In this document: positions 40,035 through 48,997 of the stretch, piece after piece
How the letters are laid out: the number at the start of each line of letters is the position of its first letter
Position numbering within the stretch: the first letter of the stretch is position 1
Program-made: the position numbers and the translations under genes
Notes under the pieces: model-generated
What the model was told of the DNA's origin: nothing
The model's input: the letters and a program-made list of their open reading frames with translations, nothing else
Databases searched by the model: none
Virus record (IMG/VR): IMGVR_UViG_3300027777_000001
Location: 1-64,000 of that record
Length of the DNA stretch: 64,000 nucleotides
Direction: 5' to 3' (one strand)
Source of the DNA: a virus

Positions 40035-40060
40035 TGGTGGAGCCGGGGGGAATTGAACCC
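40035..40060 (-). other. attP core, a copy of the tmRNA (ssrA) 3' end
   Basis: Minus strand GGGTTCAATTCCCCCCGGCTCCACCA: T-arm, Ala-type acceptor strand and CCA; no 5' half present; lies 86 bp past the integrase stop. Confidence 0.8.
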
Positions 40061-40108
40061 TGCGGTGATTTACCTGTTTATGCGGGTCTCGAGCCAGTAA
40101 AACCTAAT

Positions 40109-40130
40109 CTGTGTGAATTCTGTGTGAATT
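40109..40130. repeat. Integrase arm-type repeats, right side of attP
   Basis: Two tandem CTGTGTGAATT copies. Confidence 0.75.
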
Positions 40131-40146
40131 CATTTTGAGAAGGGTT

Positions 40147-41364
40147 TTACGCCTCATTTCCATAGGCACTAGGCAAGGATTTCTGAAAGTTCTTGGGTAT
40201 CCATTTGCCATATCTCTTGAACACCATCTCGGCATCCACATGACCCATCTGCTGAGCCAACCAGAAAGGGTTAGCACCATTGGTCAGTAAAGTCGATGCG
40301 TAAGTATGCCTGATTTGGTAGAGGTTACGGTAGCGGATCTTAGAGCGTTCAAACAAAGGTTCCCAAAAGGTACGAACGATCTGCTGTTCTCGAGCCCATG
40401 GTTGACCGGATCGAGGGTTCATCCAGACTCTGCCATTGTCCTCATGCTCAAGCTCTTGTTGCTGAGCCAGTGCCTCAATCGCTGAGACATTCAGATCAAT
40501 CTCGCGGGCTCCTGAAGAGGTCTTAGGAGCTTTCTCAAACTGTCCCACCACATCCCCACGCCTGCCTGTGACCTCGTTGGTCGAGATCCTGACAAGCTTC
40601 TTATCCATGTCGATTGACTCCCAACGCAGAGCAATAAACTCTCCTGGTCGCAATCCTGTGGCAAACCAGAACTGAAGGGTAGAGCGTTCGTCTGACCGAC
40701 AAGCTTTAAGTAAAGCTGCAACCTCTTCATGGTCAAAGGGTTCAATGGCTCCACGTTTGGACTTGGTGCTGGTCTGGCTAAGTAGCTTCTTGAGTGCAAC
40801 ATTATCCAATGGATTGGATTCAATCAAGTCATCGTTCAGAGCATCCTCTAGTGCTGATCGAAGTGGGGTAAGCCTGTTCCTTACGGTCTTGGCAGTTACC
40901 CCAAGCCCAGCAATCCATGTTCTTAATACAGGTGCTGTCAGTTCGTTGATCGGTAGCTTGTCAAAAGCAGGGATCAAGATCGAGTTAATGATCTTGTAAT
41001 AGCCCTGATATGACGAAGGTGACAACGTATCGTTCTCAGTCTGCTTGTCATAGATCCCAAGCTGAGCCCTAAGTAAATCACCAATGGTTCGTTTGTGGAT
41101 AACCTTGACTACACCCTTAGTGACCTTGGGTGAGTCAGGGAAATACTTAGCGTATTCAAACGTACCATCAGCAATCTTTCGACGGATTTCACTTCTCAAA
41201 CTAGCTGCATAATCAATGTTTGTTTTATTGATCTTGCAGACTGGTAATAACTCACGACATTGCTGACTCTCGAAACTGAACGCAATCTGAATGCGTTGAA
41301 TCTCTCGGTCAGTCCTTATTGCTATGCCAACTGGCGTTTCAGGGGAACCTGACTCTCGACCCAT
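40147..41364 (-). CDS. int: Tyrosine integrase with N-terminal arm-binding domain
   Basis: TGLRPGE, APKT, YQIRHT, QMGH, KRYGKWI catalytic pattern; YAKYFP.S arm-domain motif. Confidence 0.93.
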   Translation of the reverse strand: MGRESGSPETPVGIAIRTDREIQRIQIAFSFESQQCRELLPVCKINKTNIDYAASLRSEIRRKIADGTFEYAKYFPDSPKVTKGVVKVIHKRTIGDLLRAQLGIYDKQTENDTLSPSSYQGYYKIINSILIPAFDKLPINELTAPVLRTWIAGLGVTAKTVRNRLTPLRSALEDALNDDLIESNPLDNVALKKLLSQTSTKSKRGAIEPFDHEEVAALLKACRSDERSTLQFWFATGLRPGEFIALRWESIDMDKKLVRISTNEVTGRRGDVVGQFEKAPKTSSGAREIDLNVSAIEALAQQQELEHEDNGRVWMNPRSGQPWAREQQIVRTFWEPLFERSKIRYRNLYQIRHTYASTLLTNGANPFWLAQQMGHVDAEMVFKRYGKWIPKNFQKSLPSAYGNEA

Positions 41365-41525
41365 TTCTCAACCTCGGTGGGATTAATCCAAATGCTACCT
41401 TCGCGTTTGACCCACTGTACTCCTTCTGTCCATTTACGGTTTCTACGCCTTGCTCGGACAGCCTCGGAGGTATCTCCTGAGAGATCACAATACTTATTGA
41501 TCTTGACCCATTTCATTGCAAGCAT
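41322..41525 (-). CDS. xis: Excisionase
   Basis: Small basic protein (KWV...YC..SG, W.EG..W, IWIN...VEKW) overlapping the int start. Confidence 0.8.
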   Translation of the reverse strand: MLAMKWVKINKYCDLSGDTSEAVRARRRNRKWTEGVQWVKREGSIWINPTEVEKWVESQVPLKRQLA

Positions 41526-41527
41526 GG

Positions 41528-41833
41528 TTATTTTCCTCGAGTGTTAGGGTTGGTACTTGAGTTAGGGTTCTGGTTTGAGTTGGTGTCAGGAGTCGTACTT
41601 GACCCTTTAGGTGCAGCAGGCTTGGCACCATCAGCAGGGGTAATGATTGAGATACCTTTGCCAGTGTTGTTGTAGATCATGCTGGAGGTATTGTCATCGT
41701 TGATGATGAGGGAGTTCTCACCCATGGGTAAGACCATCCCACTCTTGCCCGTACGTTCATCGAAGAAGAACTGGGCTTGAACCATTGATGATGCACCAAG
41801 GCTCAAAAGTATCATTAATAGAACACGTTTCAT
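41528..41833 (-). CDS. Secreted hypothetical protein
   Basis: Signal peptide ending VQA; N/S/T/P-rich tail. Confidence 0.55.
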   Translation of the reverse strand: MKRVLLMILLSLGASSMVQAQFFFDERTGKSGMVLPMGENSLIINDDNTSSMIYNNTGKGISIITPADGAKPAAPKGSSTTPDTNSNQNPNSSTNPNTRGK

Positions 41834-41839
41834 TTTTAA

Positions 41840-42085
41840 CTACCTTGAAAGATTAGACAGACGCACAGCTGCACGGTGAATCCGAGCATTGAACCAGCGT
41901 CTGATTGCGTATGATCTAGCGACTGAGATCACGGTGTAGATACCTCCCATCAATAGGTTGTCAGAAAGACTGATATGCATATTGAAGAGAGGGAAGATCA
42001 AAAGATTGGCCACATAATTAATACTGAAACCAATGGCTACGTTGATCCAAGCCTCGATAAAGCTTCCCGTCTTAGTCTGAGACAT
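41840..42085 (-). CDS. Conserved small membrane protein
   Basis: MSQTK..S.IEA..N, two TM segments, RSY.IRRWFN. Confidence 0.65.
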   Translation of the reverse strand: MSQTKTGSFIEAWINVAIGFSINYVANLLIFPLFNMHISLSDNLLMGGIYTVISVARSYAIRRWFNARIHRAAVRLSNLSR

Positions 42086-42476
42086 TGAATACTCCCTTAG
42101 GACGATCATCCCCTTCGGGATAGAACTTTTCATAATGAGCCAACATCATCACATTGCACATCATGTGTGCTGTGTGAGGTAAGCCAGACTCAGGATCTAA
42201 GTGCTCACCATTTTGCCAAGCAGTTAGATGACGTTGAAGTGAGTCGTACGGGACAGACCAATCTGCACCCTTAGCCCAGTTCCAAGCAGCGTACTTCTTG
42301 GCTCCGTATTCCCAGACCCGAGCTGTGTCCTCGAGCAGGCTCATGGGGATGAGATGAAACTTAGGCTTACCGAAGTTGTACCTAGCGCCTGATCCTTTGG
42401 CTGTGCTCGTTACGTCACCTATACCGGAACCGTGCTTCGCATTGATGTTCACAATGCCACCGTTAATGGTACTCAT
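42072..42476 (-). CDS. dATP/dGTP diphosphohydrolase-domain protein (DUF5664-like)
   Basis: GKP...LIP, YGAKKY..WNW.KG, RHL, DPESGLPH.AH. Confidence 0.8.
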   Translation of the reverse strand: MSTINGGIVNINAKHGSGIGDVTSTAKGSGARYNFGKPKFHLIPMSLLEDTARVWEYGAKKYAAWNWAKGADWSVPYDSLQRHLTAWQNGEHLDPESGLPHTAHMMCNVMMLAHYEKFYPEGDDRPKGVFNVSD

Positions 42477-42661
42477 TGTTGTTTCTTATAACGGGTTTCA
42501 TTAGCAGCAGTCTGGGTGTTAGCAAGATGCACCACAGACTGATTCAAACGAATCTGATTCACAGCAGCATCCCATCCTGCACACCAGAAGTCATACGCCA
42601 AGACTTCATTCTTGATACCCATGTGAGCATCGTAGGTCTTGCGGTAGAGTCGATCTTTCAT
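42473..42661 (-). CDS. Hypothetical protein
   Basis: ATGA-coupled ORF; W.AGWDAA. Confidence 0.5.
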   Translation of the reverse strand: MKDRLYRKTYDAHMGIKNEVLAYDFWCAGWDAAVNQIRLNQSVVHLANTQTAANETRYKKQQ

Positions 42662-42664
42662 GGT

Positions 42665-43051
42665 TTAGCTCCGGTGAACGTCTTGAGCAGCCAAACTTCT
42701 AGCGGCTGATTCAGACAGGGTTTTAAGTTTCTGGGTAACATACTCTTGAGCTTGCACCCGACTGTTATCATTAAAGAGAGCTTTAATGAGAAGCAGAAAC
42801 TGATCGGGTTCAAGAACATCTCGCAGATACTCTGCAAAGCTGTCTTGGGTGTACTCAATCAAATCGAGCATCACAGACTCACGGTTCTGAGCTGCGAGGT
42901 CTAGAAGCTCATCCTTGAGCTCCTCTTGATATACGCCCACCTGGGACTCGTAATACTTTTCCTCTGCCAAGCTAAGCTCTTGTGCATCGCCCGTGCGTGA
43001 GGGGTCATCAGGACAGGCCGAGGGGCCATCCCGTTCATATACATAGGACAT
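42665..43051 (-). CDS. Hypothetical acidic protein
   Basis: 128-aa ORF with GGAG RBS. Confidence 0.6.
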   Translation of the reverse strand: MSYVYERDGPSACPDDPSRTGDAQELSLAEEKYYESQVGVYQEELKDELLDLAAQNRESVMLDLIEYTQDSFAEYLRDVLEPDQFLLLIKALFNDNSRVQAQEYVTQKLKTLSESAARSLAAQDVHRS

Positions 43052-43079
43052 GGTGTTTCTCCGATTGGAGGGTGTGGGT

Positions 43080-43325
43080 CTAGCTAGGGATGTAACCGTC
43101 TTCTTCGTCGTAAGAGGTCACTGTGAAATCCCCTTGATTGCCAAGGATGGGATCATCATGTTGGAAGTAGTAGAAGACTTCTTCATCATCTAGGATGGGG
43201 GAACTGGATTCAGAGGCATCTTGCTTGCTATCTTTACCCCAGACTACACAGCTACGATCAAAGGATTCTGATGGATGAGTGTCGTTCCAATAACACGTAA
43301 TGTAGATAATTCGATCAGTGTTCAT
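43080..43325 (-). CDS. Hypothetical protein
   Basis: ATGA-coupled 81-aa ORF. Confidence 0.55.
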   Translation of the reverse strand: MNTDRIIYITCYWNDTHPSESFDRSCVVWGKDSKQDASESSSPILDDEEVFYYFQHDDPILGNQGDFTVTSYDEEDGYIPS

Positions 43326-43474
43326 GGTTTAAACGACTCTTGCCACGCTATAAAGATCCGATCAGCTTCAGTTAGACTCAAGCCAAACTTATTGACAAGA
43401 TATTCAGGGGCTCCCCACATATTGGTCACTCCAGAATCACGGAGCTTAACTAGGTACTCAAAATACTTATCCAT
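43322..43474 (-). CDS. Small hypothetical protein (not in ORF track)
   Basis: Hand translation MDKYFEYLVKLRDSGVTNMWGAPEYL..., 50 aa, AAGGA RBS, fills the gap. Confidence 0.6.
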   Translation of the reverse strand: MDKYFEYLVKLRDSGVTNMWGAPEYLVNKFGLSLTEADRIFIAWQESFKP

Positions 43475-43994
43475 GGTTTTTATTCCTTAATAAGAGTTCG
43501 ATGGCGTGGGCAATCAATAATTCATAATCTCCAGAAAAAATTTGAATTTCATCAATCAATTTTATGCATTCAACGTCCGTCAGCCCGACCCATTTACGCT
43601 TGGGTGGTGCAAGATACAGTGGCTTCATGTGGTGCTTGTCAAAGCTGTACTCGGTCAACCACTCAAACTTAGCCTCGTTCCAATTAAACCTAGCAACAGG
43701 CTCTTGCTCAGGCTTGGCTAACTCTGTAATGGGGTCGCACCAGCAAGGAGTACCGTCTGTGCTATGCACTCTCGGTTCTGTAAATAGCGTTTCAATACGC
43801 CTCGCAAGTTCTCTTCGACTTCGCTTTCCACTGCTGTCCCATCGGATAATGATCTCGTAAATTTGTTCTTGTGTTGGCTCAGGCTTGGCTAACGCTTCTT
43901 GATACTCAGCCCTAGTAATCGTGATGCGCTCAACTTCAACACTATTGCCTGAAGTAAATTTCTCGCTGATTAATTTCATAATTTCACGGCTCAT
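43467..43994 (-). CDS. Mosaic hypothetical protein with LAKPE/QEPVA and WVGLT modules
   Basis: ATGA-coupled start; internal 17-bp repeat. Confidence 0.6.
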   Translation of the reverse strand: MSREIMKLISEKFTSGNSVEVERITITRAEYQEALAKPEPTQEQIYEIIIRWDSSGKRSRRELARRIETLFTEPRVHSTDGTPCWCDPITELAKPEQEPVARFNWNEAKFEWLTEYSFDKHHMKPLYLAPPKRKWVGLTDVECIKLIDEIQIFSGDYELLIAHAIELLLRNKNHG

Positions 43995-44233
43995 TTCGTC
44001 ACCTCGTCTAGTGCGTAGAGTGGAATGCAATACTCAACATCTTTATCGGTAGTGCAATCCATAATTTGATCGTTTAAACCTTTAAACCCGTAGCCCACAG
44101 GCTTTAACTCCCGCAACTCACGGGCTGCGGTGAGGGCAACATCGTGGCGTAATTTTGTCAGCCCCAAAACGCCTGTGTCGTTTGTGTGATGTGCTGATTC
44201 AAACGCATTGATAATTAAATCAAGTTTGTTCAT
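43991..44233 (-). CDS. Hypothetical protein
   Basis: 80 aa; KPV..IPLY module. Confidence 0.55.
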   Translation of the reverse strand: MNKLDLIINAFESAHHTNDTGVLGLTKLRHDVALTAARELRELKPVGYGFKGLNDQIMDCTTDKDVEYCIPLYALDEVTK

Positions 44234-44391
44234 GTCAAACCTTTTTCTTTTATCTTCTCAACGTATCGATTGAGAGCTTCAAGTACAGCAGGTTCTAGTG
44301 CAATCACAATATTCGTGTGATTGTTAACTGCAAGCCATACGTGATAACCATCTGTGCTTGCATAGACTCCATCACCTAAATATGTTTCCAT
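44230..44391 (-). CDS. Small hypothetical protein (not in ORF track)
   Basis: Hand translation METYLGDGVYASTDGYHVWL..., 53 aa, GGAG RBS. Confidence 0.6.
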   Translation of the reverse strand: METYLGDGVYASTDGYHVWLAVNNHTNIVIALEPAVLEALNRYVEKIKEKGLT

Positions 44392-44394
44392 TTC

Positions 44395-44796
44395 TTACTC
44401 CAAAATTGTTTGTGCGATTAGATCTTTGTAACCAGACCAAGCAGGGTGAATACCATCAGGTTGCATGAGCTTGGTACCGATAATCTTGTCACCATAGAAA
44501 GCAGCAAGCACCATGACCATCTCTTGAATCTCTGGCTTGATGTTAGGCATGATCCAATAGACATGGTTTGATTGCACACGCTCACGGATAGCAACTAACT
44601 CAGCGTAGGTCTCAACCCCTTTATGGTCATTGGTTCCTAAGCTGATAATCACCACACCTGCTGTGAGTACGTTATTTGCGTACAGATGATTGAACTGTGA
44701 AGTGTTGATTCCAGTCTGCCCAACCAGTTGACATTGACGGGCTACCATCTGAGTACCCACAGCAATGCTGTCACCTAGGATTAAGCATTCAATCAT
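44395..44796 (-). CDS. SGNH/GDSL hydrolase
   Basis: GDSI, G, GTND and DGIHP blocks. Confidence 0.85.
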   Translation of the reverse strand: MIECLILGDSIAVGTQMVARQCQLVGQTGINTSQFNHLYANNVLTAGVVIISLGTNDHKGVETYAELVAIRERVQSNHVYWIMPNIKPEIQEMVMVLAAFYGDKIIGTKLMQPDGIHPAWSGYKDLIAQTILE

Positions 44797-45121
44797 CAGA
44801 CACCTCGTACATAGCGCTTAACTTAACTTCTCCCCTAGTTTCTCTTGTAGCAATTAAAAGCTTCCCCATACCTTCAGCTTGTTTAAATGCATCCTCTTGG
44901 TTAAGGGCATTAATTCGATAAATCTGTTTAAAACCAAAGCAAACTTCAACGGTAAATGGCTGATGATTTAACTCGGGGAATGTTGTTTCTAATCCTTGGA
45001 TAGTTATTAGATGGGCATCCCAATCATGGAATGAATCGTGATTACCTTTCTTGTAATCCTCAAGACTACCTTGCAGATCTGCATAGGCACACTTGATAGC
45101 AAACATCTGTTCTTGGTTCAT
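44789..45121 (-). CDS. Hypothetical protein with a C-terminal copy of the repeated small domain
   Basis: FTVEVCF...YRINALNQEDA. Confidence 0.55.
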   Translation of the reverse strand: MNQEQMFAIKCAYADLQGSLEDYKKGNHDSFHDWDAHLITIQGLETTFPELNHQPFTVEVCFGFKQIYRINALNQEDAFKQAEGMGKLLIATRETRGEVKLSAMYEVSDD

Positions 45122-45471
45122 TCTGAAATCTCCTCAACGCCTACGACTTGAACCAAACGAATTTCGGATTCGGTTAGTCCATCGCAATTGGCTAAGTCGT
45201 GAATACTGTTCCCAGCTGACTTTTCATCTGTGCTCACAATTTCGTAGAATTTACGTCCTACGAAATCTACTTCGACTCTAAACTTTCGTTTATCATCTAG
45301 ATCTTCCACGGCATAATGTGCGTCAGAATAAAAGTCCAACTCAAGAAGCTCCTGTTTGGCTGCAAGCTCATCACCTAAAGCGCGGGCATCACAAGCGTCC
45401 TCGGCTTCAACTTCATAAGTCGTATCAGCACTGAACGTGACATGAACGGTGTATTTCTTTTTGGTTGTCAT
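45118..45471 (-). CDS. Hypothetical protein with two copies of a DpnD/PcfM-like domain
   Basis: KYTVHVTF..YEVEAED and KFRVEVDF..YEIVSTD. Confidence 0.6.
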   Translation of the reverse strand: MTTKKKYTVHVTFSADTTYEVEAEDACDARALGDELAAKQELLELDFYSDAHYAVEDLDDKRKFRVEVDFVGRKFYEIVSTDEKSAGNSIHDLANCDGLTESEIRLVQVVGVEEISE

Positions 45472-45656
45472 CTCGTGATTTCCTGTGCGTCACCAATCTC
45501 AGTAGATACGTGAGTACCAGCAACGAAATTGATGGGGTCGTGTTGAGCTAAGTCAGCAGCAATGTCTTCAGCTTGGGTAGAGTTATCAGCCTCGATCTCA
45601 TAAGATGCATAAGCCAAGAACGTAACGTCTACTAGGTATTTCGTTTTGGTTGTCAT
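45468..45656 (-). CDS. Paralogue with one DpnD/PcfM-like domain
   Basis: KYLVDVTF..YEIEADN..QAE. Confidence 0.6.
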   Translation of the reverse strand: MTTKTKYLVDVTFLAYASYEIEADNSTQAEDIAADLAQHDPINFVAGTHVSTEIGDAQEITR

Positions 45657-45826
45657 TCTTTGACCTCATTCAATTCATAGATGTCAACGTCTGCCGTTTC
45701 AATATTGATGGGTGCGTCCTCATCCCATAATCCGTAAGCTTTCGTATCAGCTTCATTCCTATCTTCAGCTTCAAAGATAATTTCTTGATAATTTGTCATT
45801 ACCAGTACGACTTTAAATTTAGGCAC
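45653..45826 (-). CDS. Paralogue with one DpnD/PcfM-like domain (not in ORF track)
   Basis: GTG start after AAGGA; MPKFKVVLVMTNYQEIIFEAEDRNEA..., 57 aa. Confidence 0.55.
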   Translation of the reverse strand: MPKFKVVLVMTNYQEIIFEAEDRNEADTKAYGLWDEDAPINIETADVDIYELNEVKE

Positions 45827-45844
45827 GTTTTGTTTCCTTGGTTG

Positions 45845-46075
45845 TCATTCTGGTATCTCCACAACTTTGTAATCACTCAGGGAATAAGCTTCTTCCATAT
45901 CGCCATCTAAGACTGCTTGGCGTACATCGTTTAAGAAGCTACGCAGCTCAAGGGTGGCTGCTAGTCGGGTAGGGTAAGTTGATGGGCACTCTTTATCGTT
46001 GTCATCAATGTCTGACCAACAGTTAATAAACCCGTCACAGAGCGTGTACGTGTGAACCTCGAAATGGCTCATCAC
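45845..46075 (-). CDS. Hypothetical protein
   Basis: 76-aa coupled ORF. Confidence 0.55.
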   Translation of the reverse strand: MMSHFEVHTYTLCDGFINCWSDIDDNDKECPSTYPTRLAATLELRSFLNDVRQAVLDGDMEEAYSLSDYKVVEIPE

Positions 46076-46287
46076 TTCCTCGCTTTAATCGTAGAGATTG
46101 CATCAGAAACAGTTTCCCAATTGATACCATCGTTAGCGTCAAACGTCTCAACGAGGTACTCCATGACAAGGAGTACTTGTTTCTTAGAAAGCTTCACCTC
46201 ATCCAACTCTGCTTGACTGAGAATATCTTCAACATCCCAGTCATCACGAATAAAGGTGCGACCGTTTTCAGTAACAATATGTGCCAT
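46072..46287 (-). CDS. Hypothetical protein
   Basis: 71 aa, GGAG RBS; W..EDI and DA..GINW motifs. Confidence 0.6.
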   Translation of the reverse strand: MAHIVTENGRTFIRDDWDVEDILSQAELDEVKLSKKQVLLVMEYLVETFDANDGINWETVSDAISTIKARK

Positions 46288-46305
46288 ATCAACTCCAATA
46301 GACGT

Positions 46306-46330
46306 AAAAAAACCAGCAGGATGCTGGTTT
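46306..46330 (-). terminator. Intrinsic terminator after DNA polymerase
   Basis: AAACCAGCA-gga-TGCTGGTTT with a U-run on the minus strand. Confidence 0.75.
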
Positions 46331-46373
46331 GTATAAATAAGTCCCGGCCTTTCACCGGGGTGGGGCGAGTCGA

Positions 46374-48989
46374 TCAGACCAACTTATGCTCCGCCTTAGC
46401 CGCATCACAGAGCTCTCGAATGCCATCTTCGCTTGCTCCGTTAGGTAAGGTGACAGCATGAGCCCAAGAGGGCCAGTACAGGTCTAACGCTGCGCCTAGC
46501 TTGACCGTGTCATGTAAGAGCTCGGGAAGCTCTTGCCATTGCATCGATTTAATCAATTCCGTATTCGCCCAATGCACAGTTTCGGCTACATCACGAACTA
46601 GGATGTAGATAGCATCATGTATCATGGCTGTCGGTTTGATATCCAGACGATATTTAGAAGCCCAGACCTTCTGCATGAAGTCCACAGCAGCACGGTTATT
46701 CAATAAGCCATAACTCTGACCCATTGCATTACCCGCTGTGCGTCCCTCGGCCTGTGCCTCAAAAGGAATGTGAGTACTACCAAAGATCACTTGTTTAAGA
46801 AGTGGGGTACGTACTCTTAATCCAAAAGCAACTTCTACAAATCCATCTTTACTGGCTTGTTCAAGACGGGCTTGAATAAAGTCATCACTGGCTTTGTATA
46901 ACGTGTGATACCCAGCTTCGATATCTTTGGCTTTGGCTTCAGAGAAACCAAGGCTATTAACCAAGGTTCTCCAAGTGCCTTGATAAGACAATGCAAAGGT
47001 AGCAGTCTTGGATTCTTGACGAAACTCAGGATAGAGTTTCTTCATAGAATTGATTGACGCTACCGTATCCACAATGTCAGGGCACAAGTCTTTGAAGTAC
47101 GAATACGCTCTTAGACAGTGACCATCGTAGCCATCGGTATAGACCTTTAGCTTGTTTGGATCCTTGGTGGTAAGCGCAGACACATAATCCTCGAGAGAAT
47201 TAAAGTCAGCCCCTGCAAGAATCCAACCAGGTGGAGCTTGGAAACATTCCTTTACAGACTTACCAAAGGTAGAGTTTGCAGGTAGATTTTGCATATTCGG
47301 GTCTGAGCTCGATAACCTACCAGACACAGTGCCACCAAGATTGAAGCTGCCATGTAGATACCGCATCCCATCGTCTTTAACCAAGCCTCTTTCAAAGGCA
47401 GGGATAAAGGTAGACAGGATCTTAGTGACTTTCCCGTAGCCAATGATGGCTTCAAGGAGAGTCTTATAAGAAGGTATCTGTGTATGGTTCAGTAGCTTCT
47501 CAATGGTGTCAGCACCCGTAGATGGTTGCTTAGTCTCAGTCAGATCAATCACAGGTAAACGCATTTGCTCGTACAGCAAGACCTGCAGCTGAGGGTTGCT
47601 GTTAGGGTTGAACGCCACATCACTGTACTTGGACAATGGATGTTGCTTGGTCTTCAACTTAGCGTTAGCAGCTTGCATCACACTGGTTTGATGGATTAGG
47701 TTGAAAGCCTTAATCAAACCATTGTTATCAAAGACCGCTAAGTGCTTAGCCTGTTCAGCCAGCAGATCAGCTTTGACATCGATGATCGCTTGCTCAGACA
47801 TAGGCATCCCTGTGAGCTCCATCTGAATAATGAGCTTCAGACTTGGTAGCATCAAAGACTTGTACAGTTCCTCTTGGTTATCAGCTTGCATGATTGGGTA
47901 ATACTTAGCCAACACATAGTTCGTAGACAACGCATCCACCAAGTTGTATTGCAAGAGCTCAGGTAAAGGGATACGGGTGATATCTTTGATATCTTCCTTA
48001 GCCCAATTCCCTGCATACCCATGCGCCAAGGATTTCAATCCAAGCACATTACCTGCAGTAGAGTTGGTTGCAAGATAAGCCACGATCTTCGTATCATTGA
48101 AGTGTCGGGTCATAATATCTAACCCAACCAGCAAGCCTTCCGTATCCAGAGGATTCTTCATCCAAAGGGTATAAATCAGAACCTTCAAATCGTAGGTTGC
48201 ATTGTGCCAAGTGATGGTGCCTTTGTATTCGGTAAAGAACTCCTTGAGTAATCGTTTAACAGAGGGATTGTTCCAATACTCTCCGAAGCCTTGCTCTGAT
48301 GCAGCACGGACTCCAAAGTTAATATAATCACAAGCAAAGGCTATGCCATTATGTTGATCCCAAGCAAAGGCAATGGTACCAATCCCAGCCTCGTTAAATC
48401 GAAGCGAGAAGGCCTCGATGTCACAGGACAGGGATTCGTATGAGTGCAGGTGTTGCAGAGCGCTGGAGATAGCTTGGAGGGTCTCAGGGTACTGTGCAGA
48501 GTGAATGATTCCATGGCCCAACGCGACATAGGAATTATCCATGGCTGAGGCCAAGGTCGACAGACTCAGATTTAGTTTCCCAATTAAGGCTGGGTTATAA
48601 ATCAGAGCCTGATGGTTCAATCCAAGCACGACCATGAAATGTTCGTAGCCCGGATATTTACAAGGTAAGACATAGCCAAAATGTGGCTCAGTCTTGCCAA
48701 GTTTTGTGAGGATCTTAAAGTACGTGGGTTCAGCCACATAGAGGATCTTCACACCTAACCCATCGAGGACAGGCAAGAGTTGTTCAAGATAGTCTCTGGC
48801 TAACTTGTTCGGAATCGTTTTAGTCTGACCCGTTTTAAGTGTGAAAGCGATGAGTCTATTTGACGCTATCTTGGCTGCATTCAATGGCTGCACATAATTA
48901 ACCAACAGTTCATGCTGATTAAAGTTTGTATCTTTGATGAGTAAAGCAGTCTGATAAGAGGGCGCACTATCAAAGATGAAATGTCGCAT
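46374..48989 (-). CDS. Family A DNA polymerase, N4 gp39-like
   Basis: Exo motifs DIE, HNATYD, YNLVD; TVSGRLSS; motifs A DFNSLE, B RQESKTATFALSY, C IHDA. Confidence 0.95.
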   Translation of the reverse strand: MRHFIFDSAPSYQTALLIKDTNFNQHELLVNYVQPLNAAKIASNRLIAFTLKTGQTKTIPNKLARDYLEQLLPVLDGLGVKILYVAEPTYFKILTKLGKTEPHFGYVLPCKYPGYEHFMVVLGLNHQALIYNPALIGKLNLSLSTLASAMDNSYVALGHGIIHSAQYPETLQAISSALQHLHSYESLSCDIEAFSLRFNEAGIGTIAFAWDQHNGIAFACDYINFGVRAASEQGFGEYWNNPSVKRLLKEFFTEYKGTITWHNATYDLKVLIYTLWMKNPLDTEGLLVGLDIMTRHFNDTKIVAYLATNSTAGNVLGLKSLAHGYAGNWAKEDIKDITRIPLPELLQYNLVDALSTNYVLAKYYPIMQADNQEELYKSLMLPSLKLIIQMELTGMPMSEQAIIDVKADLLAEQAKHLAVFDNNGLIKAFNLIHQTSVMQAANAKLKTKQHPLSKYSDVAFNPNSNPQLQVLLYEQMRLPVIDLTETKQPSTGADTIEKLLNHTQIPSYKTLLEAIIGYGKVTKILSTFIPAFERGLVKDDGMRYLHGSFNLGGTVSGRLSSSDPNMQNLPANSTFGKSVKECFQAPPGWILAGADFNSLEDYVSALTTKDPNKLKVYTDGYDGHCLRAYSYFKDLCPDIVDTVASINSMKKLYPEFRQESKTATFALSYQGTWRTLVNSLGFSEAKAKDIEAGYHTLYKASDDFIQARLEQASKDGFVEVAFGLRVRTPLLKQVIFGSTHIPFEAQAEGRTAGNAMGQSYGLLNNRAAVDFMQKVWASKYRLDIKPTAMIHDAIYILVRDVAETVHWANTELIKSMQWQELPELLHDTVKLGAALDLYWPSWAHAVTLPNGASEDGIRELCDAAKAEHKLV

Positions 48990-48997
48990 AAATACCT

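Noticed and set aside
40035-40060. tRNA or tmRNA gene
   Set aside because: Only the T-arm and 3' acceptor strand are present; the upstream sequence is arm repeats and the integrase end, so it is an att core
39914-40130. CRISPR array from the TGTGAAT repeats
   Set aside because: Repeats are 11 bp, tandem, without spacers, and no cas genes are present
42072-42476. 2-aminoadenine (Z-base) genome system
   Set aside because: A DUF5664-like gene alone is insufficient; no PurZ or DatZ-like gene is visible in the window
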